A DNA stretch of 64,000 nucleotides from NCBI GenBank assembly GCA_963774825.1, contig CAVZGW010000006.1, positions 66,124-130,123 of the forward strand. The letters are read 5' to 3'. Positions 41,627-52,147 of the stretch are shown here, piece after piece. How positions within the stretch are numbered: position 1 is the first letter of the stretch; each line of letters opens with the position of its first letter. A program made the translations under genes and the position numbers. The stretch is from an uncultured Actinomycetes bacterium (GTDB lineage: Bacteria; Actinomycetota; Actinomycetes; Streptosporangiales; Streptosporangiaceae). Below the pieces are notes generated by a model. It was not told the origin of the DNA and searched no databases. It saw only the letters and a list, made by a program, of their open reading frames with translations.

Positions 41627-41822
41627 TCAGGCGGCGTGCATGTATTCGTTGATCAGGCCGTTGAGGACGGGTTTTTGGCGGATCCGTTCGACGCCGGAGT
41701 CGGTTGCGGTGACGAGGGGAGCACGGCATCCGCTTGCGGTCCTGCTGCACGGTCCACTCGCCGGTGGGGTTCGCGGTGACGCCGCCAAGATGCATCCGGC
41801 GGGTGCCATGTTCGATGAACAC
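41627..41822 (-). pseudogene. rve-type IS transposase fragments (core start fused to C-terminal end)
   Basis: FIEHGTRRMHLGGVTANPTGEWTVQQ and ...RIRQKPVLNGLINEYMHAA-stop in different frames. Confidence 0.55.
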
Positions 41823-41963
41823 CAGGACATACAGTCTCCGCAGCCTCTACACCGGGCAGCTCCATGTGGAGATCATTTCGCAAATCGTCCGCTCATCAGC
41901 GTGATGGCGTGGTCCCGAACAACAGGCCCAACGACCATGGTACCACTCTGGTACCATGTGGCT

Positions 41964-42170
41964 ATGGCGATGAATCTCCGGCTCGACGAAGAAGACAGTT
42001 CCCTGCTCAGGGCGCTGGCTGAGGCCGAGCACGTATCGATGCACGAGGCCGTCCTGCGGGCTATCCGCCGCAGTGCCCGTGAGGTAGCGCACACTGAGCG
42101 AGTGCGCGAAGCCACTGCCGAGATGGTGAACCGCTGGGGAGAGGTGCTCGACCGGCTGGGCCGCGCGTGA
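41964..42170 (+). CDS. type II antitoxin (RHH-like), partner of Doc
   Basis: MAMNLRLDEEDSSLLRALAEAEHVSMHEAVLRAIRR. 4-nt overlap with the toxin. Confidence 0.65.
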   Translation: MAMNLRLDEEDSSLLRALAEAEHVSMHEAVLRAIRRSAREVAHTERVREATAEMVNRWGEVLDRLGRA

Positions 42171-42547
42171 ACGACCTCCCCGCCGTCGAGTTCCTGACCC
42201 TGGAGGACATTCTGGGCCTAGTGAACGCGCTGGGCGCCGGGCCGGTGCGCGATCTTGGCCTGCTCGACTCTGCGTGCCACCGTCCGCAGGCCGGATTCTT
42301 CGGGCAGGAGGCATACCCGACCCTGTCCGGCAAGGCAGCTGCCCTGATGCATTCGCTCGCCTGCAACCATGCGCTGGTCGACGGCAACAAGCGGCTCGCG
42401 CTGCTCGCCACAGTTGTGTTCCTGCGTATCAACGGCCACCGTTTGGACCTGACCGACGATGAAGCGTTTGACCTCACCATGTCCGTCGCCGCAAGCCAAC
42501 TGGATGCTGACGGAATCGAGAAGTGCCTCCGTCTGGCGCAAACGTAA
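42167..42547 (+). CDS. doc: Fic/Doc-family toxin (death-on-curing)
   Basis: Doc-type Fic motif HALVDGNKRLALLATVVFL. Size of 126 aa is typical. Confidence 0.85.
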   Translation: MNDLPAVEFLTLEDILGLVNALGAGPVRDLGLLDSACHRPQAGFFGQEAYPTLSGKAAALMHSLACNHALVDGNKRLALLATVVFLRINGHRLDLTDDEAFDLTMSVAASQLDADGIEKCLRLAQT

Positions 42548-42884
42548 CGCGATACCAGTTGTACGCCGCCAGATGAACGCAGTACTTTGCCGCCGACCGA
42601 ACGGTCCCCAGCGGAGTTCACGCTCGCCCGCCACCTCGCCCGCCCCGTGGAAGATCTGCTGACGGTCGCACCCATTGAGCTGGCCCTGACGGAGACGATG
42701 GGGTATTGCTGTGCCGACCCCGCGCCTCGCCTGCCGCACCCCGGGCCGTCCCCAAGGTCCGGCCTTCGGGAGCGATCGGCAGCGGGCTTGGCCCGAGGGC
42801 CGAAAGAAGTCGACGGCGAGCATCGTCGTGGCTTGCGCGTGCAGGAACTGCCGCCAGCTGGTGTCGGTGCGCCGTTTGGGCGCC

Positions 42885-43095
42885 GGCGGTGACGCTCCGG
42901 CGCCTGTACTGCCGGTTCGTCATGGAGGTTGGCAGCCGCTACGTGCACATCGTCGGGGTGACCGCGAACCCGGACTGCCCGTGGACCACGCAGCAGATCC
43001 GCAAGCTCCTGGTGGACATCGGTGACCGGGCCGCGCGATTCCGGTTCCTTATCCGCGATCGCGCCGGGCAGTTCACCGGATCCTTGGATGCATGA
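42885..43095 (+). pseudogene. rve-type IS transposase core fragment
   Basis: [61 protein letters not shown]. Confidence 0.6.
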
Positions 43096-43125
43096 TCACA
43101 CTGCTCCTTTGCTGCATTTTGTCGG

Positions 43126-45352
43126 TTAGAACAGCCCTTGTTGCGGGGCTGGAGGTGCGATACGCAGGCCTTTCTTGCGTCCGGTGCGGAGGTAGACAGC
43201 GCGGATTTCGCCGCGCTTGACGCGTTGCAAGAGGGTCTGGCGTGAGAGGCCGTAAGCATGGGTGGCTTCCAGGGTGGCGAGCCAGCCGTCGGGGGTGTCG
43301 TCGACAAGCAGGGCGCGAATTTCGTCGGTGAGGCGGATCCGCCACGGCGCGCCGGGGGTGAGTTGCTCGCCGTGAATGAATCCGTCGTTCAGCCAGCGGT
43401 GCACGGTGGAGGGGACCAGGCCCAGTTCCCTGGCTGTCTCGGCCACGGTGAGCAGTTCTCCTTCCTGCGGGTCGCGGCTGGGCCGGCGGCCGGGAATGTC
43501 GTTGCGGAACCGCAGTGTCTGGACTCTAGCCGGGGTGTAGGACAGTCCTTTGGCGGTGCGCCGGTGCTGCCGGTTGAGGATGCCGGCGATCTGCGGGTCG
43601 GGGTAGTGGACGGCCAGACGGCGGATCAGCTCGACGGTGTCCTCGTCGGTGCGGAACTTGGGGGGCTGGCGCCTGATCGGCACGGCCAGCTCGCTGATCG
43701 CGCCGCCTTTCCACCGCAGCAGCAGGTCAGCCCGGCCCTGGGTGTCGTCGCGGTGGACGTTGACGGTGACTTCCTCCAGCAGGGTGCGCAGCAGTTGCTT
43801 GCGGTCCTTGTCGGTGGTGGTCGGTGCTGTCCATACCTGTTCCAGGTTGTCGCCCAGGGACAAGATGGCGGCGCGTTCGGCGGCGGTCAGGGTCTTGGGC
43901 CGGGCCTGTTCACGGCGGGCAGAGTTCGGCGCCGGCGTCGGCTAGTTGTCCCAGCGCGGTCTCCCATTCGGCTTCCAGGCCCCGGGCGACCAGCCGGTTT
44001 TCGGGATCCACCGACCGGTAGCGGCGTTCAGCCCTGGTCGCGGCGTAGCGGGCCTGCTCGAGCTGGCGGCGCCACTGGTCCAGCGCGGTATCGTAGCCGT
44101 CTTCGAGCTGCTGGGCAGCGGCCAGGCATGCCTGGAGCGCTGCTGGCGCCAGCGCGGCCAGGAACACGCCGGTCACGGCCGCGTCGATCGCCGAACCGCC
44201 GATGCGCAGGTGTCGTGTGCCGCGTGCGCCGATCGAGCCGGTACCGGTCCCGGTGCAAAAGTAGCCGGGGGTGGATTTGGCCGGCCCGTCGTAGAACACG
44301 GCGAGCCTGCGGCCGCAGATCCCGCAGCTGGCCAGGCCCTGCAGCTGAGCGCTGCCTTCCCGCACCGCGCCGGTGCCCGGCCGGCGGGCTTGCGGCCGGG
44401 TGTTGCCGGCGATGCGCTGCTGGTTGGCCAGGAAGGTCTCCCAGGTGACCCATCCTTGGTGGTGGCCGGTGATGAGTACCTCCCACTGGTCGCGGGGCAT
44501 CTCACGGCGCCGGCTGCGCAGCACCCCGCCGGAGTCAAGGTAGCGTTCGGAGCGGGTGCGGCCGTAGGTGTAGGCACCGGCATAGGCCGGGTTCGTCAAA
44601 GTGGTATGCACCGCGTGATAGGTCGGCGCCACCCAGGTGATCTCGGCGTCCTGCCCGCGCCGGTAGGCGCCTTGCAGCGGCCAGCGCAGGCCCTGATCAC
44701 GCAGCCACAGCCACACCCCGCGGACCGACCCGCACACCGCGAACTGCTCGAACACCGCACCGATCACGCCGGTGACAGCCTCATCGGGGTGCAACCCGAT
44801 CTGTCCGTCGGCCTCGCCCCACACCAGCCCGACCGGCAGCCCGCGGCGCAGCTGGCCGCGGGCGGCCTTGCTGCGGATCCCGCCGTCCAGGCGGGCCCGC
44901 AGCACATGGAGCTCAGCCTCGCTCATGATCCCTTTGAGCCCGAGGACGAGGCGGTCATTAAACAGCCCCGGGTGGTAAACCCCGTCGGCGTCGGCGACCA
45001 GCGTGTCGCACGCCCCGGCCAGATCCAGCAGCCGGTACCACGCCGCATTGTCGCGGACCAGCCGTGAGACCTCCAGCGCCAGGATGATCCCGACCTGTCC
45101 GAGCGCGACCTCAGCGACCAGGCCGTCGAACGCGTCGCGGTGCCCGAGCACCGATCCGGACACGCCCAGGTCACCGTCGACTACCCGGATCGCGCTCTCC
45201 GGCCAGCCCAGCTGACGGGCACGCTCGACCAGGTCATACTGGCGGGCGGTCGACTCCTTGTTGCGCTCGACCTGGGCGAGGGTCGACTGGCGCACGTAGA
45301 TAGCGGCCGACCTGCGGCGATGCGAGACGGTTACCTTGCCGGCCTCATTCAT
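43126..45352 (-). pseudogene. large serine recombinase (~740 aa) split by one frameshift near 43920-43950
   Basis: Resolvase domain: AAIYVRQSTLAQVERNKESTARQ. Recombinase domain. Zn-ribbon: CGICGRRL..FYDG......YFC. Coiled coil. After the shift: RPKTLTAAERAAILSLGDNLEQVWTAPTTTDKDRKQLLRTLLEEV and a C-terminal HTH (LLTVAETARELGLVPSTVHRWL). Confidence 0.85.
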
Positions 45353-45436
45353 CGCCGTCCCCCGCTCCAGCCGGCGCGGCCAGGGCCGGGCCGGCGCTCC
45401 TGGCGATCAGCCGGGCCAGCAACCTGATCGCCGTGG

Positions 45437-45838
45437 TCACCTCCTGGCCGGGTAGCCGGGCAAAAACCATCGGGGCTGGTGCCGGAACCTGTTCCGGCAG
45501 CAGACTGAGCTGCGCAGGCTGCACGGTTGTCCTCCTTGCACGGTGACTTTCGTGCAGCCTGCTCCCGGATGCCCGCGGCGCGAACACCGAAGTGCGGCAA
45601 CCAGCAGGCATGCGGCCAGCAGATCGCTGACCGACCCGAGCGTCGCGCCCGCCGCGCCCGTCCCGCCGCAGTCGCCGTCATCGGTCCACGACTGCGGGAT
45701 CAGCCGGCTGGTGCCATCGGGGAGCACCACCAGCAGCTCCAGGCGGCCGTGCCGCCGCAGCCGGCCCGTCACCGGCAGTATCTGGCCCTCCAGCACATCC
45801 CGGCTCCGGGTCACCCGCACCTCGGTAACGCCGCTCAC
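45437..45838 (-). CDS. small hypothetical protein upstream of the serine recombinase
   Basis: VRVTRSRDVLEGQILPVTGRLRRHGRLELLVVLPDGTSRLIPQSWTD. A further short frame (45345-45611, ...LLARLIARS...) overlaps the recombinase start with ATGA. The boundaries of these small genes are uncertain. Confidence 0.35.
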   Translation of the reverse strand: MSGVTEVRVTRSRDVLEGQILPVTGRLRRHGRLELLVVLPDGTSRLIPQSWTDDGDCGGTGAAGATLGSVSDLLAACLLVAALRCSRRGHPGAGCTKVTVQGGQPCSLRSSVCCRNRFRHQPRWFLPGYPARR

Positions 45839-46494
45839 CGCTCACCCCGCACGGCCCCGCGAAGGCCCCCGTGACCAGCAGCGCGCAGCACCGCCGCCGC
45901 GGCCAGCACGGCGTTGTCCTCATCAAGGCCAGTCACAGCCTCCCGCATATCGACGGGCACCCCCTCGGCGATGCTCGCCGCGATCCGCAGCACCCGGCCC
46001 TCGCCGCCCGAGCATGGCAGCACGCCTGCCTCCAGCGCGCCGGCCACCGCCACGAAGTCGACCGCCGCCATCGGCCGGCCGCTGAATACCTCCCAGCCGA
46101 ACTCCACGGCGACTTCGAGGAAATCCTCGCGAAAGAGCCACGACCGGTTCCCGATCAGCAGCTCAACGGCCGCCTCCAGGCAAAGCAGGCCCTTCGCCCA
46201 CACCCGCAGCGCGGCGACAAGGTCTTCGAAACACGTAGTGTGCCGGGGCTTCCTTCGACGCGGTCCTGGCCAGCGCCGGTATCGAAGCGGTGAGATCCGC
46301 AGCGCCTTGAGGACCCGGCGGATCCTGGATGCGCGGGGCCGGTGGCCGAGTTTGAGATAGTGCAGGTGCAGCACGCGGTCGCCCTGGACCACCCGGTCGG
46401 GATCGTCGAGGAGGACGGTTCCGGTGTGGCTGCCGAAGAAGCGCACCCTTTCCCCCAGAACCAGCGAGCCTGTCGGGTTCCAGAACTCGGCCAC
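45835..46494 (-). CDS. hypothetical protein; N-terminal third appears IS-derived
   Basis: The C-terminal ~140 aa (FEDLVAALRVWAKGLLCLEAAVELLIGNRSWLFREDFLEVAVEF...) match no family I recognise. The N-terminal [13 protein letters not shown] resembles the rve-type IS HTH segment. Confidence 0.35.
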   Translation of the reverse strand: MAEFWNPTGSLVLGERVRFFGSHTGTVLLDDPDRVVQGDRVLHLHYLKLGHRPRASRIRRVLKALRISPLRYRRWPGPRRRKPRHTTCFEDLVAALRVWAKGLLCLEAAVELLIGNRSWLFREDFLEVAVEFGWEVFSGRPMAAVDFVAVAGALEAGVLPCSGGEGRVLRIAASIAEGVPVDMREAVTGLDEDNAVLAAAAVLRAAGHGGLRGAVRGER

Positions 46495-46503
46495 CGGTAT
46501 TGA

Positions 46504-46872
<369 letters not shown>

Positions 46873-47123
46873 TGAAAGGCACCTGATCGAGGTCGGGCAG
46901 GCGACTGCCCGGCCGGGCCCGCGGTAGCGCGACTGGTTCGGTCGCTGCCGGTAGGCCGCCAATGATGATCTGCGCCGGGAATCCGAGCACCGCGTTTGCC
47001 GCTGGGTTCGCGACATGATCCGGCGTTTCCCGCGCACAGCGCAGGGGCCTCCTGGGCGCTCGGTCAGGCGGACATGAGCGTGCGAGTTCCTGAGGCCGCT
47101 GTGGTCGGGAAGACGATCTCAGT

Positions 47124-47378
47124 ATGAGCGGTGCTATGAAAACAGCGATCTCCCTGCCGGAAGACACCTTCCAGCAGGCTACGAAGCAAGCCGCAGAGCT
47201 GGGCGTCAGCCGGTCTGAGTTCTTCGCCCGCGCCGCCCGCAGGTACCTGGACTACCTTGCCGCGCGGTCGGTCACCCAGCAAATCGACGAAGCGCTACAG
47301 GCAGCAGGACCCGACGACACCTCGGCGGCTGCGGCCGCAGCGGGGCGCAGCCGCCTGGCCCGCCAGGACGACTGGTGA
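47124..47378 (+). CDS. type II antitoxin (RHH / MazE-like)
   Basis: MKTAISLPEDTFQQATKQAAELGVSRSEFFARAARRYL. 4-nt overlap with mazF. Confidence 0.7.
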   Translation: MSGAMKTAISLPEDTFQQATKQAAELGVSRSEFFARAARRYLDYLAARSVTQQIDEALQAAGPDDTSAAAAAAGRSRLARQDDW

Positions 47379-47716
47379 TCCAGCGCGGCAGCATCTGGTG
47401 GGCAGATCTCGGCGAGACCCGCGGCAGCAAGCCCGCCAAGCGCCGACCCGTCGTGGTCATCCAGTCCGGCCCGTTCAACGCCAGCCGCCTGAATACCACC
47501 ATCGCCGCCATCATCACCTCTAACACTGGCCTGGCGGCCATGCCCGGCAGCGTCTTCCTGCCCGCCGCGTCCTCGGGCCTGCCCAAAGACTCCGTCGTCA
47601 AGGTCACCGCCCTGATCACCCTCGACAAGACCGCCCTTGACACCGAGACCGGCCAGCTTCCGGCTTCCCTCATGAACGATGTCGACCGAGGTCTGCGCCG
47701 CGTTCTTGGACTCTGA
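47375..47716 (+). CDS. mazF: MazF/PemK-family endoribonuclease toxin
   Basis: RGSIWWADLGETRGSKPAKRRPVVVIQS...TTIAAIITSN......PGSVFLPA..SGLPKDSVVKVTALITLDK. Confidence 0.9.
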   Translation: MIQRGSIWWADLGETRGSKPAKRRPVVVIQSGPFNASRLNTTIAAIITSNTGLAAMPGSVFLPAASSGLPKDSVVKVTALITLDKTALDTETGQLPASLMNDVDRGLRRVLGL

Positions 47717-47750
47717 CCGAAACGTGCCCGCAGCTGCCGGACCTACTCGC

Positions 47751-47868
47751 TAGCGCGTTCGAGGATCCGAATAACAAAAGATCTTGAGGTCGGGGTGGGA
47801 GACTAGATGGGAGCCATCGACCACACCGCTGGGGACTATTCCAGACCACTCAGGACCGTGTTTATGCA
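47751..47868 (+). repeat. Phe-module leader copy (shared with 20275-20393)
   Basis: Begins with the hairpin-forming gcgttcgaggatccgaat, then atgggagccatcgaccacaccgctggggactattccagaccactcaggacc. It starts 35 nt after the mazF stop. Confidence 0.6.
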
Positions 47869-47942
47869 GGTCAGCAACATATCGTCAGGTACTATTTCCC
47901 GCCTGAAAAGCGAAGGTCGGCGGTTCGACCCGCCCCTGACCA
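47869..47942 (+). pseudogene. degenerate tRNA-Phe(GAA)-derived pseudo-tRNA (74 nt)
   Basis: GGTCAGC..CATATCGTCAGGTACTAT..TCCCGC-CTGAAAA-GCGA-AGGTC-GGCGG-TTCGAC-CCGCC-CCTGACC-A. The acceptor (6/7 bp), T stem, variable loop and GAA loop are recognisable. The D stem is lost, the anticodon stem has indels and the T loop is 6 nt. Confidence 0.7.
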
Positions 47943-48215
47943 CGCAGACCTCATTTGACCTGGGGAAACGATGCTCCTATGTTAACGGCCGTTGGCTCCG
48001 CTCATCTGCTGGACCACAGGGAAATATGAGTGTGGCGGTGCGGCGTCCCGACAGCGCGAGCAGTCAGCCGCGGTGGCGTTGGCGTTGGTACGAGCGGCGC
48101 CCTAAGCGCACATTCGGTTGTCGCGACCGATGTTCTGTCCACCGTCACTCTCCGCGCCCGAGCCTGGCGTGCAGGGATCAGCGGCCCGTGGCGTGATTAC
48201 GACAGGCGGTATTAT

Positions 48216-48416
48216 TCACGACGGGCCCATTCTTGCCCCTAGGGCCTGAGTCTCCTCGGCCGTCTGCGAGGGCACGGGGATCGCCTGCATCTCGATGGCA
48301 CGCCGCCGCTGGGCTGTGTGCCTCTCGTCGGTGATGGCTGCCCATATGCCCAGGGCAGCGAACGCCGCGCAGCCTAAGACGGCCAGCGGAATCCAGAGAA
48401 TCATCTGTATGATCAT
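48216..48416 (-). CDS. small single-TM protein (hypothetical)
   Basis: MIIQMILWIPLAVLGCAAFAALGIWAAI then a charged tail. ATGA overlap with an upstream short frame. Lower-GC patch. Confidence 0.3.
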   Translation of the reverse strand: MIIQMILWIPLAVLGCAAFAALGIWAAITDERHTAQRRRAIEMQAIPVPSQTAEETQALGARMGPS

Positions 48417-48939
48417 GTCTCATCCTTTCCCCCTCTGCGGAGGCTAGCCCGGCGTCCCATGGCTGTAAAGACTTGCGCGTCCTCCTCTGCCGCTGTTTTT
48501 TGACGAAATCGATTGTTGTCGCGTTGCTGCCTCGTTCGTAACACGTCGTTCACCTGCCCGGCTGGCAGCACCGGAAGCTGGCCCGCTTGCCGAACTCTCC
48601 GTATTAACCGATCCATCATTGTTTGAGGCTTTTGGTAGGGCTCGCCATATAAAGCCCTGGTTCTTGCCGCTTCGGAGCTAACGAGCCAATATGGCCAGTC
48701 TGTCTGGCCTGCTTTTCGGGGCGGCGGTCGTGGCCACCGGCCGGGACGGCGCCACCCGGCGTAGTCCCATTTGCGGGTGACCATGCGCCGGTGCCAGGCA
48801 AGCAGCGTCGCCGGGGTCACCGCGAAGACCTCGCCCCACCGGCGCCGGGGGATCAGGCGGGACAGTGCTGCGAGCCACAGCCGGTCGGCCGGCTGGCAGC
48901 GGACCCGGCTGATCTGGCGGCGCAGGATCGCGTTCACGT

Positions 48940-49172
48940 GCACGGCCGGGCTGGCGGCTTGAGTCACCGTACCCGGGCCGCGATGTCGTCACCAGGCGAA
49001 GCCCGCGCGCGTGCGCTGCTCGTTCGAGCGCCCGCACCGGCGTGGCAGCACCGGGTGTCCCGTGGTGAAACACCAGCGGAAGCCCACCCGGGGGCCCGCT
49101 GACCCGCATGTCGAGACGCCGGCCATCCGCCAGCCGGACATGATCAAAAACGTCCAGCCACCATCCTGGCAT
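48940..49172 (-). pseudogene. alpha/beta hydrolase N-terminal fragment
   Basis: [30 protein letters not shown]......[16 protein letters not shown], then fused to an IS-derived frame. Confidence 0.5.
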
Positions 49173-49400
49173 CCCGGGGCGTGATCACAGCGCAACCCCG
49201 CCGACCGTAGTCCAGGGAAGCGGACAAAGAGAACCGGAGCCGCCGACGCAGCAAGACCGCATCGATAAATCCAGGTGGTCGCGAGGACGCTGGGACGATC
49301 GCCGTTCCCGGCGTCCGGCGCGAACTGCAGCCTCACGGCCTTGCCGACACATCCGCCGTATCCGCGAGGAGGGTGCTTGCATGTTCGGGTCTGGCGTATT

Positions 49401-50252
49401 TCACGTCCCGGCGGGGGGTGCCGGAGTGAGACCGGTCAGTTCCTCGCTGAGCTGCCACAGCCGGCGGGCTGTCGCGTCGTCGCGGGCGGCCGCTGAGGGC
49501 TCGCGCCGCTGGCGGTTGACGTAGTAGCCGCCCGTCGCGCCTGCCACTTCCGGGGAGGCGGCCAGGTACACGATGGTGCTGGCGCCGCGCTGCGGGGAGC
49601 GCATGAACGGCCGCGCGAACGTCACGGCGGCGCGCATCGGCAGGCGGGCCTCGCGGCCGAACCGGGTCCGCACCATCCCGGGGTGCGCGCAGTTGGCGGT
49701 CACCCCGGTGCCCGCGAGTCTGCAGGCGAGCTCGCGGGTGAACAAGATGTTCGCCAGTTTGCTGTTGGCGTACGCGCGCCAGCTGTTCCAGCCGCGCTCC
49801 AGCTGCGGGTCATCCAGATCGAGGCGGGCAGCGGCGTGCGCATCGGAGGTCACCGTGATCACCCGGGCGGGAGCGGCGGTCAGCTTGTCCAGCAGCAGGC
49901 CGGTCAGCAGGAACGGCGCTAGGTGGTTGACGGCGAGGACCTCATCGAAGCCGTCGGCGGTGACCCGGCGCTGGCCGGACATCATGCCCGCGTTGTTGAC
50001 GAGCACGTCGATGCGCTCCAGCGCGCCCAGACGGCCCGCGAGCGCGCGGACCTGCGCCATGGAGGCCAGGTCGGCGATCTCCAGCCGCGGCGGCGATGCT
50101 CCTGCCGCGGCCAGGTCCGCGGCCGTCGCCTCACCGCGGCCACGGTCGCGCCCGACCAGCACCACCTGAGCGCCCAGCCGGGCCAGCGCAGTGGCCGTCG
50201 CCTTGCCGATCCCAGAGGTGGCGCCGGTTACGACGCAGACCTCACCCTCCAT
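49401..50252 (-). CDS. short-chain dehydrogenase/reductase (SDR)
   Basis: CVVTGATSGIGKATA, NNAG, and YANSKLANILF (YxxxK). Confidence 0.9.
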   Translation of the reverse strand: MEGEVCVVTGATSGIGKATATALARLGAQVVLVGRDRGRGEATAADLAAAGASPPRLEIADLASMAQVRALAGRLGALERIDVLVNNAGMMSGQRRVTADGFDEVLAVNHLAPFLLTGLLLDKLTAAPARVITVTSDAHAAARLDLDDPQLERGWNSWRAYANSKLANILFTRELACRLAGTGVTANCAHPGMVRTRFGREARLPMRAAVTFARPFMRSPQRGASTIVYLAASPEVAGATGGYYVNRQRREPSAAARDDATARRLWQLSEELTGLTPAPPAGT

Positions 50253-51021
50253 GGCCGCATGCTAGCCCCCGTGGCCAAGCGGAACGAAACAGTCATCCAC
50301 CGCTAGAATGCTCACTCTCATGACCGCGATCAGGTACGGCCAGTTAGACCGGCCGGGCCTGGAATCGACGAGCACTCGGCCAGCGACTCATCGAGCGCTC
50401 CGAGGGATCACTCATAGTGAACCTTCCGAACTCGGCCCGCAGGCTACGTCGACCGGCAGTATCACCCTGAGTGATAGGTGTAAGTCAGGGAGAACGCAGC
50501 ATCAGCCCGCCGACCAGCAGCGCTCACCCGCTCAGGCGGGGACCACCCCGACATCGCGCCTCGCAAGAGGAGGCTCCTAGCGGCGGCCCTGCATCGGATA
50601 GCGTCCGGGTAACTCAGCGAGTCAGAGGCCTCACGCGAAGCCAGATGACGGGCATTCGCCATGCCCTGACCACTCGCAACATAACAATTCGTCAAAAGGT
50701 TGAGAATGCCGAAGACGGCTCCATTACGGGAGTCGAATTCGGGGGGACCAGGCCCCAGGAATCGATTCAGGGTCCAACCATTAACTCTCCGACATCACGG
50801 GCTTGTGCTTGGGCAGCGCCTACGGCCTGCGAGCCGAGCTGATCCAGCAGATGCGAGAGCGGTTCGCCGGGTGGCGGTTCGGACTGCTCCGTCAGCCCGA
50901 ACCGACTGTCGCGTAGTGTGCAACTCGGCTTGCGCCGCAGCGGAACCAGCATCGTCCTGCCCGACACAACCCGATCATCGACCGCATGCGAAGCGGTTCG
51001 TGCGCATGTACTCTCGCAGCG

Positions 51022-52062
51022 ATGACAAGAGGGGCGGAGATCCGGTTCTTGCACTTCGCTGGTCGTCGTGTCGCTTACGCGGTGACCGGCGCCGGACCGC
51101 CGCTCGTCGCCCCGGCGTGGTGGGTCAGTCACCTGGAGCTCGACTGGGAGGATCAGGCCTTCCGGGGGCTCTGGGAGTCGATTGGCGCGGGCTACACCGC
51201 GGTGCGCTATGACCGGCTCGGTGTCGGTATGTCTGATCGCGATCTGCGCGACGAGGACCTGACGCTCGACAGTGAGGTTGCGCTGCTGGGTGCTGTCCTC
51301 GACGAGCTGGCACTGCAAAAGGTTGTGTTGGTCACCGGTTCGTCGGGAGGCTGCGCGGCGGTCGCGTTTGCGGCTCGTTTCCCTGAGCGGGTGGATCGTC
51401 TGCTGCTTTATGGCGCGTACGCCGACGGCTCCTCGATCGCCTCACCGGAGCTGCGCGACGCGATCATCGCAACCGTGCGCTCGCACTGGGGGCTGGGTTC
51501 GCGTCTGCTTGCTGACTTGTTCCTCGGCGACGCCGGCAGTGCTGAGCAGGAGCGGCTGGCGCGCCATCAGCGCGCAGCGGCGAGCCCGCAGACCGCGGCG
51601 GCGTTGCTGGAACTCTTCTACCGCAACGATGTCCGGGCAGAGCTGGCGCGGGTGCGCGCCCCGACTCTGGTCGTGCACCGTCGTGGCGACCGCGCGATCC
51701 CTTACCACCTCGGCCGCGAGCTCGCGGCGGGGATCCCCAAGGCGACGCTGATCCCGCTCACGGGGACCGCTCATTTCCCGTGGGCCGGAGATACGCAGTC
51801 GGTGGCGCACGCGATGCGCTCGGTGCTGGCACCCGAAGCTCCGGTCCATGGTGCCGGAGAGCCCGCGGCGGTGCTGCTTTCCAGCCGAGAGCGCGAGGTG
51901 CTGGCGCTGGTGGCGAAGGGGCTGAGCGACCCGGAAATTGCCGAGCAGCTGGTTCTGAGCCAGCACACCGTGCACCGCCACGTCGCGAACATCCGCACTA
52001 AGCTCGGGCGCGGTTCGCGTACGGCGGCGGTCGCTGAGGCAGCGCGCCTGGGCCTGCTCTGA
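51022..52062 (+). CDS. alpha/beta hydrolase domain fused to a C-terminal LuxR-type HTH
   Basis: Hydrolase part: VAYAVTGAGPPLV...VLVTGSSGGCAAVAFAARFPERV. C-terminal part: LSSREREVLALVAKGLSDPEIAEQLVLSQHTVHRHVANIRTKLG. Confidence 0.8.
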   Translation: MTRGAEIRFLHFAGRRVAYAVTGAGPPLVAPAWWVSHLELDWEDQAFRGLWESIGAGYTAVRYDRLGVGMSDRDLRDEDLTLDSEVALLGAVLDELALQKVVLVTGSSGGCAAVAFAARFPERVDRLLLYGAYADGSSIASPELRDAIIATVRSHWGLGSRLLADLFLGDAGSAEQERLARHQRAAASPQTAAALLELFYRNDVRAELARVRAPTLVVHRRGDRAIPYHLGRELAAGIPKATLIPLTGTAHFPWAGDTQSVAHAMRSVLAPEAPVHGAGEPAAVLLSSREREVLALVAKGLSDPEIAEQLVLSQHTVHRHVANIRTKLGRGSRTAAVAEAARLGLL

Positions 52063-52147
52063 CGCCGATCACCCGAACGGGCCATCTTGGTGAGATGGCC
52101 CCGGTGAGCGATGCGCCCGAAACCTCCTCGTCCGTACCGTCGCCTGC

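Noticed and set aside
40857-41822. 321-aa minus-strand ORF as a real gene
   Set aside because: It is a composite of an rve-transposase fragment (FIEHGTRRMHLGGVTANPTGEWTVQQ) followed by Arg/Pro-rich antisense sequence of another IS fragment.
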